A DNA stretch of 24,000 nucleotides from an uncultured Methanomicrobia archaeon (GCA_964472955.1 CAYYMO010000164.1:11382-35381), one strand, 5' to 3'; shown: positions 1 through 9,341, counted from the first letter of the stretch. The notes: generated by a model not told the origin, from the letters alone. Program-made: numbers and translations.

Positions 1-363
1 CGGAACTACATGCTTTTTTATCCGTGCAAGTGACGTTGAATAAATTGGAGTAAAAGTCTGTGGAATTATCACATCAAATTCTTCATTTAAACGCTTTATT
101 TTCCTCGAAAGTCGAATTACAAACCTAAAACCGTCGGATGCATTACTTGTGATCTTTTTGTTGTAAACTTTAACAATCTCAAAGGGAAACCTATCATCAG
201 GATAAGTGGATCCAGGGATTAGTGAAGTGAGTATTGTTACCTCGTTGTTGCTAGAGAGTTCGCGGCTTATCGCGTACATGTGGTTCTCGCCACCCCCTTG
301 CACGTTAAGTCCTCCCTCGGCGTTACAAAAGGGGAAAAGCTCGCTAATCATCAAAATTTTCAA
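1..363 (-). CDS. Glycosyltransferase family 4 (GT-B), N-terminal part only; the gene continues beyond the left window edge
   Basis: Hand translation of the minus strand gives (M)KILMISELFPFCNAEGGLNVQGGGENHMYAISRELSSNNEVTILT..., which stays open to position 1. This is a typical GT4 N-terminal domain start. The start is TTG at 363 or ATG at 351. It is absent from the ORF track because no stop lies inside the window. Confidence 0.6.
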   Translation of the reverse strand, partial: MKILMISELFPFCNAEGGLNVQGGGENHMYAISRELSSNNEVTILTSLIPGSTYPDDRFPFEIVKVYNKKITSNASDGFRFVIRLSRKIKRLNEEFDVIIPQTFTPIYSTSLARIKKHVVP

Positions 364-523
364 CGGCCCTACCTCTCTCTTGTGGCTCTCAACCACATTT
401 TGGCAAATAATTAAAAGATCAATAGATATTATACTCTTTTAATCTATCGGAGCTTTAAAACAATCGTTGTTTCGTGCCATCATTTGCGAAAGCGGTTCTT
501 TATCGCAGGTTGTAGGCCAATTA

Positions 524-1603
524 CTAAACTAATGATCTGTAAACATTAAGGATTTTCTGAGATGTAATGTCCCAGTCATAATCGGTCACAGAGTCTTGTG
601 CTGTCTTGGTCATATTGGTCTTATCTATTTTCAAAATAGCAGACTTTATCGCTTTAGGGTTAAGATCAACAATAAAACCGTTTTTTCCATTTGTAATTAA
701 ATCTTTGGCCGCATTTGCTTTAGAATTCACAGTTATCACGGGTGTCCCACTTGCGAGAGACTCAAGCGCGACTATTCCGAATCCCTCCCTAGTAGATGGT
801 AGAACTAATACATCCGCTGATTTCATGAGGCCAATCAGCTCTTCATACGGCAATCCAGATTTAAAAGTCGCGTTTGTCCCAAGCTCTTTTGAAAGGCGTA
901 CTAACTTTTCCCGCTCCGGTCCTTCTCCTATTATTCCGAGGGATTTATTCCGAGGCATTGACCTTAGCAAAAGGTCCACGTTCTTTTCTGGGATTAATCT
1001 TCCAACGAACAGCACGTCATACATTTTTTCTGAAGGTTTGATTGAATTGATAAGACCCAAGTCAACGCCATTTGGGATGACAGTAACGTTTTTTACGAAA
1101 CGATTTAGGTCTTTTTCAGTATTTTTTGAAACTGCAATTATTGTATCGGCCAGCTTCATTGTAGATTTTTCTACAATTTTGCCTATTAGTCCACTTCTGC
1201 CGAGATATTCATACCAGTAGTCACCCCAAAACTCGTGCCAAGTAATTACCAATGAGGCATTTTTTACTTTCGCAACAAGCCTCGACGGAAAACAGTGTAA
1301 ATAAGGAAACTGATTACAATCTATAACATCTAAGTCGTATTTGAACATCGGCATCAGGCTGAGGGCAAATTGAAGTGCTTCACTGAAAGATCTTTTTTCA
1401 CCTGAATAAAGTTTTTGAGGTTTACAAATGCCGTGAATGTTTATGCCATCGACGACGATATCGTCGTGACCCGTCCACCATTTTATGCCGAAAACATGCA
1501 CTTCATTATCTGTAACAAGTCGCCTACTCACTTCATAGATTCGTTTTTCTGCACCACCCTTAACAAATGGATATATAACATCTGTGACATAAGCGATTTT
1601 CAT
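524..1603 (-). CDS. Glycosyltransferase family 4 (GT-B fold)
   Basis: 359 aa. The C-terminal E-x7-E motif lies in ...LPSTREGFGIVALESLASGTPVI.... The N-terminus MKIAYVTDVIYPFVKGGAEKR is typical of GT4 enzymes. Confidence 0.85.
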   Translation of the reverse strand: MKIAYVTDVIYPFVKGGAEKRIYEVSRRLVTDNEVHVFGIKWWTGHDDIVVDGINIHGICKPQKLYSGEKRSFSEALQFALSLMPMFKYDLDVIDCNQFPYLHCFPSRLVAKVKNASLVITWHEFWGDYWYEYLGRSGLIGKIVEKSTMKLADTIIAVSKNTEKDLNRFVKNVTVIPNGVDLGLINSIKPSEKMYDVLFVGRLIPEKNVDLLLRSMPRNKSLGIIGEGPEREKLVRLSKELGTNATFKSGLPYEELIGLMKSADVLVLPSTREGFGIVALESLASGTPVITVNSKANAAKDLITNGKNGFIVDLNPKAIKSAILKIDKTNMTKTAQDSVTDYDWDITSQKILNVYRSLV

Positions 1604-1611
1604 TTGACTGG

Positions 1612-2493
1612 CTACGATCGTCTTAAATTCGTTAGAATAATGTCCGCCAGCAGGCCAAAAAGCATTATTTGAAGGCCCACGACTATGAGAAGCACCGAAA
1701 GAATAGCTCCGGCGAACCTTGTTACCACTCCAGTTTTAATCCATTCGATGAGGATGTCAATCCCGAAGCCGAATCCAATAAGCAACAGTATCAATCCTAT
1801 AGGCAGAAATATTACGATTGGATTGTAGTCCCTCACGAGGCGAATCATCGTGTAAACTATGTTAATAGCATCCCTATAAGGATTTAGCTTAGCCGCACCA
1901 ACGCGCACTCTGTATTTTATCGGAACTTCGATTATTTCGAGTCCTTCTTTCCTCGCCTCTATTATCATCTCAGTTGCGAATGGCATTTTTTGTGATTTCA
2001 TTTTCAAATTCTCAAGCGCCACTCTGGTTATTGCCCTCATGCCAGACTGCGAATCGGAGATGGGAGTGTGATACAGAAATCTGATTAGCGAGGTCAATAC
2101 CATATTACCAAACACATTCCTCTTGCTCATAGCTCCTTGTTCTATTGCAGCAAAACGATTTCCGATGACAAAGTCTGCCCCCTCTTTTATTGGCTCAAGG
2201 AGCTTTGGAATATCGTGCGGGTCGTAGGAGTAATCCCCGTCAAGCATTACGATTACATCTGAATTTCTTTCCACTTTCTTAAATCCCGTTATGTACGCAT
2301 TTCCATACCCTTTTCCATGCTGGTGAATTATTTTCGCTCCGGACTTGGCCGCTCGTTCTGAGGTGTCATCTGTAGAATTATCGACAACTAATACCTCCAC
2401 TTCATAGCCTCTCAAAACGCTAAAAACATCTTTTACCACCACCTCAATGGCCGGCTCATTCATGGTTGGGATCACGACTGATATCTTCATCAT
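1612..2493 (-). CDS. Glycosyltransferase family 2, dolichyl/polyprenyl-phosphate sugar synthase-like (Dpm1-like) with C-terminal membrane anchor
   Basis: 293 aa. GT-A start is ISVVIPTMNE and the DxD motif lies in VMLDGDYSYDP. The C-terminus has two hydrophobic helices (IVIFLPIGLILLLIGFGFGI, AGAILSVLLIVVGLQIMLFGLL). An 8-nt gap separates it from the downstream GT4. Confidence 0.85.
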   Translation of the reverse strand: MMKISVVIPTMNEPAIEVVVKDVFSVLRGYEVEVLVVDNSTDDTSERAAKSGAKIIHQHGKGYGNAYITGFKKVERNSDVIVMLDGDYSYDPHDIPKLLEPIKEGADFVIGNRFAAIEQGAMSKRNVFGNMVLTSLIRFLYHTPISDSQSGMRAITRVALENLKMKSQKMPFATEMIIEARKEGLEIIEVPIKYRVRVGAAKLNPYRDAINIVYTMIRLVRDYNPIVIFLPIGLILLLIGFGFGIDILIEWIKTGVVTRFAGAILSVLLIVVGLQIMLFGLLADIILTNLRRS

Positions 2494-2750
2494 TCAAAAT
2501 CTTTTTCCGTTATTAACTGACGTGCGCGCATTTAAATGCGTATTTCTATCGTTGATTGATTTTAATGTATGCATAAGCTTGACGGATCTTATTTAAATGA
2601 TCTGACGATAGGCTGCAGTTAGTGCTGTTTTACGTTAAATTTGCTTGCGCAGATTTTATACGATTTCAGTAAACAGGCACTGCTTTTTTAACACAGTTGG
2701 AGACTTACTCATATTAACTACGGTGATTATATAGAATTAATTGTCGAAGT

Positions 2751-4013
2751 ATGGCCAAAATCTATGTAGAGACGTATGGTTGTGCATTGAACCAAAGTGA
2801 AATGGAGTATTTAAAAGACGCACTACAAGATTATCAGTTCGTCTATCGTGCCGAAAACGCTGATATCTTACTGATAAACACCTGCGTCGTTATTGAATCT
2901 ACAGAAAAAAGGATGTTTAAGAGAATTAGAGCCCTCTATGAACTGTGTCAAACTGATAAAGAACTTATAGTTACTGGATGTGCCTGTAAACCATTTCACG
3001 ACACAATAAGCTCAAATTTCCCCAATGCCAGGCTGATGAAATACGATCAAGTGCCTCAATATATTACTTCATTTTACAGGCCTGGAGCAAACGTGACTAA
3101 AGAGAACAACGTCAGAGCATCTGTAAAAATCGCTGACGGTTGTAAAGGATTTTGCAGCTATTGTATTGTACGACTGATTAGGGGGGAACTGAAAAGCAGG
3201 CACATTGATGACATCGTAAAAGAAGTCGAATCAAAGGTGGAAAAAGGCGCTAAACAAATTCTACTCACAGGCCAGGACGTTGGCGTATATGGCTTAGACA
3301 AAGGTTTGAGACTCCCAGAACTTATTAACGCCGTAACAAGCCTTGATCGAAACTTCATAGTTAGAATTGGTATGATTAATCCGTCAGCTCTTGATGACAT
3401 TGTTGATGAGCTGATTCACTCATTTAAAAGTCCTAAGATCTACAAGTTTTTGCATTTGCCGGTACAGTCAGGCTCCGCGAGGATTTTACATTTAATGGGC
3501 CGAAATTACAGCCTTTCGCACTTCATGAACAATATAGCTAAAATCAGAGCGGAGTTCAAAGATTTAACGTTATCGACAGACTTTATAGTCGGATTTCCGT
3601 ACGAAACAGACCATGATTTCAAATTGACGTTAAGTCTTTTAAAACGGTTGAAACCTCTTAAAGTGAATATCACAAGGTTTTCAAAACGAGAGGGAACCGA
3701 TGCGTATCATATGCCCCAAATTCCACACGGAAAGGTGAAAGAGAGGTCAAGAGCACTAACATTGGAACATCATAGGATAGCGTATTTTGAAAATAAAAAA
3801 TGGCTAGGTAGAAAACTTAGCGCACTGGCAATAGAGAAAGGCAAGGGATGTAGTACTGTCCTCTACAACGACTTCTACAGGCCTATTGTTGTGCAAGGAG
3901 AGCTAAAACTTGGTTGCAGATATGATGTGATAATAAGTGAAATTACCCCGACTTACTTAATCGGCAATTTGACTGCTAATTTTACTCAAACTGCGATAAT
4001 CGAGGCTCATTGA
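2751..4013 (+). CDS. mtaB: Archaeal MiaB-like radical-SAM methylthiotransferase (MtaB/CDKAL1-type, ms2t6A37 formation)
   Basis: 420 aa. The UPF0004 N-domain begins KIYVETYGCALNQSE, with further Cys residues in NTCVV and TGCACK. The radical-SAM motif is CKGFCSYC. A TRAM-like beta domain sits at the C-terminus. Confidence 0.85.
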   Translation: MAKIYVETYGCALNQSEMEYLKDALQDYQFVYRAENADILLINTCVVIESTEKRMFKRIRALYELCQTDKELIVTGCACKPFHDTISSNFPNARLMKYDQVPQYITSFYRPGANVTKENNVRASVKIADGCKGFCSYCIVRLIRGELKSRHIDDIVKEVESKVEKGAKQILLTGQDVGVYGLDKGLRLPELINAVTSLDRNFIVRIGMINPSALDDIVDELIHSFKSPKIYKFLHLPVQSGSARILHLMGRNYSLSHFMNNIAKIRAEFKDLTLSTDFIVGFPYETDHDFKLTLSLLKRLKPLKVNITRFSKREGTDAYHMPQIPHGKVKERSRALTLEHHRIAYFENKKWLGRKLSALAIEKGKGCSTVLYNDFYRPIVVQGELKLGCRYDVIISEITPTYLIGNLTANFTQTAIIEAH

Positions 4014-4029
4014 GGAAGACAAATGAATA

Positions 4030-4221
4030 ATGATTTATATAATAAGAACGATTGTTTACGGTATGCGTGGCCCCAGATATCGCGTTAAGCTTGATTGGCG
4101 AACCTTTGCGATCATTTTTGTAATTTCCTTGATACTCTACTTACTGCCTTATGTAAAGGATCTTCTTGTTATCACCGCTATCGCAGCAGTGTTCTACTTA
4201 TTTATAAAGAGCTTGTATTGA
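4030..4221 (+). CDS. Hypothetical small membrane protein (two predicted TM helices)
   Basis: 63 aa with two hydrophobic stretches (FAIIFVISLILYLLPYV, LLVITAIAAVFYLFI). It lies 16 nt after the mtaB stop. No family was recognised, so it could be spurious. Confidence 0.3.
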   Translation: MIYIIRTIVYGMRGPRYRVKLDWRTFAIIFVISLILYLLPYVKDLLVITAIAAVFYLFIKSLY

Positions 4222-4413
4222 GCGTATTAGTAGATCAATTAACGGATGGATGTTCGCTCCGGTGTAATTGATTCATGCGTTAACAAATATCACTTGTGGC
4301 ATCCAAACCCTATATAAAGCATTTATATACTGGCGTTTACCTACTGTACGTCATTCCACATCTGGACTAAACACGGGAAATAGGATATTGCTTCTTTACG
4401 CGGAAGGTACGAA

Positions 4414-6228
4414 ATGCGGCTATTGTTAATTCATTCAGATTTTATGGAATATGAAGTGAAGAAAGGGACTCGATATGCTGAAAAAGTTGAAGACTCCCTG
4501 AAGCGTGCTAAAATGGAAGATGTGCTCACAGCTTTTATGGCGGTTGAACAAGGCGATGATTATGATATTGATGCTACTGTTGAAGAATCAGCGGCTTCTA
4601 TACGAGAGATAGCAGAAAAGGTTCAGACAAATAGAGTGATGATCTATCCGTATGCTCACTTAAGTTCGGAGTTGTCATCCCCGGAAGTGGCTATTGAAGT
4701 CATGAAAGGCGTTGAAGCCTCTCTTAACGGCTATGAGGTCATAAGAGCGCCATTTGGTTGGTATAAATCCTTTACGATAAAATGCAAGGGACATCCGTTG
4801 TCTGAACTTTCAAGATCCATAAAACCGGAGGCTAAAGTTGAGAGAAAACACGTAGAGCACGAATTTTACATTATGGGGGCTGACGGTAATTTAATGCCTG
4901 CTGCTGAATTTGTGACAAGGAACCGCGATCTGGCAGACATCATAATTTATGAGTTAGGTCTCCACGTTGCAAAAGACCTAGGAGTGGAGCCGCCTCACAT
5001 CAGGATGATGAAGGACAAAGAACTTGTAGATTATGAGCCTTTGTCTGATGCTGGACATCTACGCTGGATGCCCAAAGGTAAACTCATACGCGACATCTTG
5101 ATAGATTATGTTTATTCAATTGCAGTTGATTACGGCGCCATGCCTGTCGAAACGCCAGTGATGTACGATCTTGCAAATAGGGCAATTTATGAACACGCCA
5201 GCAAATTTGGAGAGAGGCAATATCGATTAAAGGCCGGTACACGCGACATGATGCTTAGATTTGCTGCTTGCTTTGGAATGTTTAGCATGATGCGCGATAT
5301 GCACCTGACAAAAAATGATCTTCCGCTCAAGCTTTACGAACTTTCAACGTATTCATTCAGATTTGAACAACGAGGGGAAATTACTGGTCTAAAGCGTCAG
5401 CGGGCGTTCACGATGCCCGACATGCACACGGCGTGCAATGACGTCGAAGATGCAAAAAAGTATTTCGAGGAGCAACTTAAAATCGGTTTCCAATCCGGAT
5501 CTGACCTTGGCATAAACTATGAAGCGATATTTCGAAGCACTAAGGAATTTTATAGACAGAATGAAAAATGGGTTAAACAACTAGTTAGAGACTTTGGAAA
5601 ACCTTTTATCATTGAGCTTTTATCAGGTCGTACTCATTATTGGGTATGTAAGTGCGATCTAGCCGCAGTCGATACCTCTAGGAGACCTATTGAGTGTCCA
5701 ACTGTGCAAATTGATGTTGAGAGCGCGACTCGATTTGACATAAAATATTATGAGATGGGGGTACAAGAAAGGCCTACGATTTTGCACACTTCACCTATTG
5801 GTGGAATAGAGAGGGTTCTGTGCTCCATTTTGGAGGCACAAGCAAATGAGAGAATTCCTACGTTTCCTATTTGGTTGTCGCCCACACAGGTGCGGGTTAT
5901 CCCCGTTTCGGATAAACACCTCGCGTATTCAGAAAATATGGTAAGATCATTAAAAAGGGCCAAAATAAGAGCCGACCTTGACGACAGGGACGAATCACTT
6001 AGCAAGAAGATAGCACTTGCTGGGAAAGACTGGGTTCCCTATGTAGTAGTAGTAGGCGAGAAGGAAGAAGAGACGGGTGTCCTTTCCGTCACCATGCGGA
6101 AGCAAAGAGAGAAAAAGGCGGTATCAGTCGAGGAGCTGATTCATGAAGTACACAAGCAAGTCGGTAGCATGCCTTACAAACCACTTACACTACCAGAAAG
6201 GATTTCAAAACGTCCTAAATTTATATAA
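4414..6228 (+). CDS. thrS: Threonyl-tRNA synthetase, archaeal type with N-terminal DTD-like editing domain
   Basis: 604 aa. The N-terminus MRLLLIHSDFMEYEV is characteristic of the archaeal ThrRS editing domain. A class II core follows (YSFRFEQRGE...; ...SPIGGIERVL). The C-terminal anticodon-binding domain reads VRVIPVSDKH...VVVVGEKE. Confidence 0.92.
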   Translation: MRLLLIHSDFMEYEVKKGTRYAEKVEDSLKRAKMEDVLTAFMAVEQGDDYDIDATVEESAASIREIAEKVQTNRVMIYPYAHLSSELSSPEVAIEVMKGVEASLNGYEVIRAPFGWYKSFTIKCKGHPLSELSRSIKPEAKVERKHVEHEFYIMGADGNLMPAAEFVTRNRDLADIIIYELGLHVAKDLGVEPPHIRMMKDKELVDYEPLSDAGHLRWMPKGKLIRDILIDYVYSIAVDYGAMPVETPVMYDLANRAIYEHASKFGERQYRLKAGTRDMMLRFAACFGMFSMMRDMHLTKNDLPLKLYELSTYSFRFEQRGEITGLKRQRAFTMPDMHTACNDVEDAKKYFEEQLKIGFQSGSDLGINYEAIFRSTKEFYRQNEKWVKQLVRDFGKPFIIELLSGRTHYWVCKCDLAAVDTSRRPIECPTVQIDVESATRFDIKYYEMGVQERPTILHTSPIGGIERVLCSILEAQANERIPTFPIWLSPTQVRVIPVSDKHLAYSENMVRSLKRAKIRADLDDRDESLSKKIALAGKDWVPYVVVVGEKEEETGVLSVTMRKQREKKAVSVEELIHEVHKQVGSMPYKPLTLPERISKRPKFI

Positions 6229-6240
6229 GTGATTGGTCCG

Positions 6241-6245
6241 TTTTT
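6241..6245 (+). terminator. Oligo-T tract downstream of thrS (possible archaeal terminator)
   Basis: A T5 run (ccgTTTTTgag) lies 13 nt after the thrS stop codon. Confidence 0.3.
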
Positions 6246-6301
6246 GAGTTTGCACTTCGGTGAGCATCTCTCGTCTATTAAGCGCGCCCCTCTAGCCTAT
6301 C

Positions 6302-6306
6302 AAAAA
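6302..6306 (-). terminator. Oligo-T tract (minus strand) downstream of the DHPS-like gene
   Basis: An A5 run on the plus strand equals T5 on the minus strand, about 38 nt after the stop at 6344. The gene is convergent with thrS. Confidence 0.3.
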
Positions 6307-6343
6307 GCAAGCATTTACTGACCATCCTCTACTCTATTGTTGT

Positions 6344-7810
6344 TTAGAACTCATCATCTTGAGCGTAGCTTCGCCCGATCTTTAGGGCTATTTCTGCCTT
6401 TTCAAGTTCTCTGCCGAGATATCCAGCGTGGCTGAGGCTTGAAACGAGCTCAAGGTCGAATAGGGCATCGAGTACCTCTTTCGCTGATGTTCCTTTAATT
6501 GTCATCTCAGAATCGTGGACTGCCAAGATATAACCATCTTTGATACCTATAATGAAGTTGCCATGTGGATCTGGGGTCCATTTTGCATGATCAAAACTCC
6601 TGACGTCAATTAACTTTCCCCTCGCAATGTCAAATTCAGGCCTTCTTCGTCTCTCTTTTACAATAAGTAGATCGATCCCCAAATCCTTTGGCGACCCTTT
6701 TCGATCTTTTGCCAGTAACATCATTTCAGAACTAGTTTTAAGTTCTCTAATACTGCCCCGGGCTTTATCACTGAACTCCGGCGTAAAAAGCACCGCGGCT
6801 CCGAGCTCCATTGCCATCCCAGCAAGTACAGCGTTTGCACCTATAGAATCTGCCTCTAATAATTCTGTAACGTTTCCAATTCCTACAAATAGCGGTATGT
6901 CGCCAATATCTCTTATTTTTTTATATTCCATAAGCGACGTGACGGCACCACATCCTATCGGATACAGGATTGGATCGGCCAAAATTTTCTTTATCCCGAA
7001 GCTCTGCGCAAGCTTTATAACTCTCAGAACATTTCCTTTATCTGGTAGCACAACAACAGCAATATCCTTCTGTGCGATTGTTGGACCGATTTTTTGAGCA
7101 TTTTCAGCTGTTAGTGATAGAATAAGGTCCACACCAGCCTCAATGCCGACAAGTATTAGATCGGGATCTAACGTATCTAAGCTGATAGGCACACTTAATG
7201 GCCTGGTCACTCCTAGAATCTCATCTATAGCTCTTTTTACATCATCTGAAGTGGCTGTTAGAGGAATTCCAACGTCGATGATATCAGCACCATTTTCAAT
7301 ATGGTTCTTGGCAATTTTTTTCGCGTCCACATAGGGGGCGTTTAATATCTCTCCCAATACCTTCATCCTTGAATTGCCACCGATCTTGACGTTTCGTATC
7401 ATAAAGTTACATGTGGCTCTATGCTCGAGTTCTTCGACCCGCTTTAACGCGTTTTCTCTTCTTCTCTCACATATGAGATTATCAGCTGGCGCGCTTAGAG
7501 AAAGTGAAACCTCATTGATAAGACTAACCACAAGACCCAGATCATAAGCTTGTTTTGGTCCAAGTGCAATTTTTACGCCGATCTCGCTGGAAAGTTTTTT
7601 GAAACCTTTAACATTTGTAGCTCCAGGGATTAATATTATGTCATATCTTGCGTTTGTCTTGCAAGAAAGCTCCAGATAATGCTTTTTGAGCATTGCTGGT
7701 GTCATAAAAGCTGCTACGTCGATATTTAAAACAAGGATATCTGCGGCGCCATGAACGGCATTTCGTACGATCTCTTCAGCTTTGCGTCCTGTTGCTATGA
7801 GAACTTTCAA
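6344..7810 (-). CDS. Dihydropteroate-synthase-like pterin-binding protein with extra N-terminal domain and C-terminal DUF4346-like domain (methanopterin-biosynthesis associated)
   Basis: 488 aa with a TTG start at 7810. The central DHPS-type TIM barrel includes MKVLGEILNAPY...NGADIIDVG...ISLDT... The C-terminal ~110 aa (DPHGNFIIG...HAGYLGRELEKAE) resemble the DUF4346 domain found after pterin-binding domains in methanogen proteins. Confidence 0.65.
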   Translation of the reverse strand: MKVLIATGRKAEEIVRNAVHGAADILVLNIDVAAFMTPAMLKKHYLELSCKTNARYDIILIPGATNVKGFKKLSSEIGVKIALGPKQAYDLGLVVSLINEVSLSLSAPADNLICERRRENALKRVEELEHRATCNFMIRNVKIGGNSRMKVLGEILNAPYVDAKKIAKNHIENGADIIDVGIPLTATSDDVKRAIDEILGVTRPLSVPISLDTLDPDLILVGIEAGVDLILSLTAENAQKIGPTIAQKDIAVVVLPDKGNVLRVIKLAQSFGIKKILADPILYPIGCGAVTSLMEYKKIRDIGDIPLFVGIGNVTELLEADSIGANAVLAGMAMELGAAVLFTPEFSDKARGSIRELKTSSEMMLLAKDRKGSPKDLGIDLLIVKERRRRPEFDIARGKLIDVRSFDHAKWTPDPHGNFIIGIKDGYILAVHDSEMTIKGTSAKEVLDALFDLELVSSLSHAGYLGRELEKAEIALKIGRSYAQDDEF

Positions 7811-7865
7811 ATAGTTTTTCGCCCTGTTACAGATACTCTTAATATATAATATTACAATTGGTGTC
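7811..7865. promoter_or_regulatory. Compact bidirectional promoter region (DHPS-like gene <-> PHP gene)
   Basis: A 55-bp divergent spacer contains one AT-only box, ttaatatataatatta (about 7840-7856). The box lies roughly 20-25 bp from the PHP start and roughly 35 bp from the DHPS-like TTG start. Confidence 0.35.
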
Positions 7866-8534
7866 TTGGTGAAACTTGACCTTCACGTACACAGTCGATA
7901 CTCGCCGGATTCAGATAGTTCGATAGATGCAATTGTTTTGAGGGCCCATGAGGTCGGGCTTGATGGCATCGCAATAACTGATCATAATACGGTTAAGGGC
8001 AGCTTGGAAGCCGAGAAAGTCGTAAAGGATCTAAATCTCGATTTAATAATAATACCTGGAATGGAGCTCTCGACAAAAGGGGGGCATCTATTGGTCTTAG
8101 GAATACGAGATGAACTCCCGTCTGGTTTAGGCATCGGTGAGGCGATCAAAATAGCAAGGGAGAGAGGAGCGACTATAATCGTGCCACATCCCTTTCAAGT
8201 TCTTAGAAATGGGGTCGGAGTTCTAAAGGGAAAGAATATTGACGCAATAGAATCGTTCAACTCAAAATTCATCTTCGGAATCTCGAACTTTGTCGCGAAA
8301 ACTGTAGCAAAAAAGCGGCAAATGGGGGAAACAGGAGGGAGCGATTCACATAAAGTTGAGACTATAGGGTATGGTTACACAATAGTCGATGCGAACCACG
8401 ATGCTAGCATCCAGGACATATTAAATGCAATAAAAGACCACAGATCTCAGGCCGAGGGCGTAATGATATCACATTACTCTACAAATATAAATTCGATTAC
8501 ACGCCGTTTAAAGCGCGTTAACAAAAAGAATTAA
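7866..8534 (+). CDS. PHP-domain metal-dependent phosphoesterase
   Basis: 222 aa. The N-terminal PHP motif is DLHVHSRYSPDSD, followed by ITDHNT, PHP...., and GGSDSH. The start is TTG at 7866 or GTG at 7869. Confidence 0.8.
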   Translation: MVKLDLHVHSRYSPDSDSSIDAIVLRAHEVGLDGIAITDHNTVKGSLEAEKVVKDLNLDLIIIPGMELSTKGGHLLVLGIRDELPSGLGIGEAIKIARERGATIIVPHPFQVLRNGVGVLKGKNIDAIESFNSKFIFGISNFVAKTVAKKRQMGETGGSDSHKVETIGYGYTIVDANHDASIQDILNAIKDHRSQAEGVMISHYSTNINSITRRLKRVNKKN

Positions 8535-8578
8535 ATCAAATAAGACTTTGAATCATTATCGCGACACAATCTGTTAGT

Positions 8579-9313
8579 CTAAAGATCATGAGACGTTGCT
8601 TTGAGGCTATCCCTGTAAATGCTCTGAAGTGTGCTTGAGATATAGTCTGGTGTATCTAAAACACTAATACCATCCATTTTTCTCATCTTTTTAACATTCT
8701 CCGTGTCCACGTCTCGTATACAAAGCTCCACATATCCGCCCTTAATGGCGTTATACTCGCAAATGTCACGACATAATCCACAACCTTGACATTTTAAAAA
8801 GTCAATCTGCTCTTCAATGGCGTTATTTGGACAGTTCTCAACACACTTTCCACATTGCACACAAATTTCCCTATCAATGAAGTAGGGCATCGGGCTCTTG
8901 ACCTTACCTTCGATATCGACGGGGACAACATAAACAGGAACTCCCCCCTTTATTCCGTGTGCAACTGCGTTAGTCACAAGTGAATCAGCGATACCGTGAA
9001 CTATTTTAGCTACCGTATTTGACGTAGCTGGGGCTATTACTAAAGCGTTATAGTTGCCTTGCGAGAACCTCCCAGTTTTTGGATAGCTCCATCCCTGTTG
9101 ACTTTCAAGTATTATCTCTTCCATATAGCCACCAGGCGAGATTGCCCCCAAAAGTTTAAAGAGACCATATACTTGGGTTACTTCCTCTGCCGCCTTTGAA
9201 ACAAACGTAGTTATTTTAACTCCATCCCTAAATTTGGATTTAAGGTTGGTGAAAACATCAAAGCTGTCTTTTAAATAGTGCCCAGCCCCGGTAATACCCC
9301 ACGCAATTCTCAT
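8579..9313 (-). CDS. dmrX: Iron-sulfur flavoprotein of the AfpA/DmrX type; probable dihydromethanopterin reductase (acceptor)
   Basis: 244 aa. The flavoprotein N-domain begins MRIAWGITGAGHYL and includes ...APATSNTVAKI.... Two ferredoxin motifs follow (CVQCGKCVENCP and CQGCGLCRDICE). This is the architecture described for Methanosarcina mazei DmrX. An SD-like AGGAG lies upstream. Confidence 0.7.
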   Translation of the reverse strand: MRIAWGITGAGHYLKDSFDVFTNLKSKFRDGVKITTFVSKAAEEVTQVYGLFKLLGAISPGGYMEEIILESQQGWSYPKTGRFSQGNYNALVIAPATSNTVAKIVHGIADSLVTNAVAHGIKGGVPVYVVPVDIEGKVKSPMPYFIDREICVQCGKCVENCPNNAIEEQIDFLKCQGCGLCRDICEYNAIKGGYVELCIRDVDTENVKKMRKMDGISVLDTPDYISSTLQSIYRDSLKATSHDL

Positions 9314-9332
9314 TTGTTTCTCCTATGTATAC

Positions 9333-9341
9333 AAAAAAAAA
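9333..9341 (-). terminator. T9 tract (minus strand) between DUF447 gene and dmrX; possible internal terminator/attenuator
   Basis: An A9 run on the plus strand equals T9 on the coding (minus) strand. It begins 13 nt after the DUF447 stop and ends 19 nt before the dmrX ATG. Confidence 0.3.

Noticed and set aside
206-442. 78-aa plus-strand ORF from the track
   Set aside because: It lies antisense to a much better minus-strand frame (1-363) encoding a GT4 N-terminal domain. Its own sequence is low-complexity with no motif.
606-1220. 204-aa plus-strand ORF
   Set aside because: It is a shadow ORF fully inside the GT4 gene (524-1603, minus). It is Ser/Phe/Ile-rich with no recognisable family.
2528-2598. 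Palindrome GCATTTAAATGC (2528-2539) and a second ATTTAAAT (2591-2598) in the GT2/mtaB divergent spacer, considered as a repeat or operator pair
   Set aside because: An AT-rich 8-mer recurring in an AT-rich promoter spacer is expected. The two are most simply TATA-like boxes, and the sequence alone gives no further support.
4222-4413. thrS upstream region, considered as a regulatory leader (tRNA-mimic or T-box-like)
   Set aside because: It has TATA-like boxes (about 4305-4330) and an ~85-nt possible leader. I could not identify a convincing conserved structure or anticodon-mimic, and T-boxes are bacterial.
6627-7334. 156-aa and 63-aa plus-strand ORFs
   Set aside because: Both are antisense shadows within the DHPS-like gene. 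Their Ser/Pro/Ile-rich composition is typical of reverse-frame translation.
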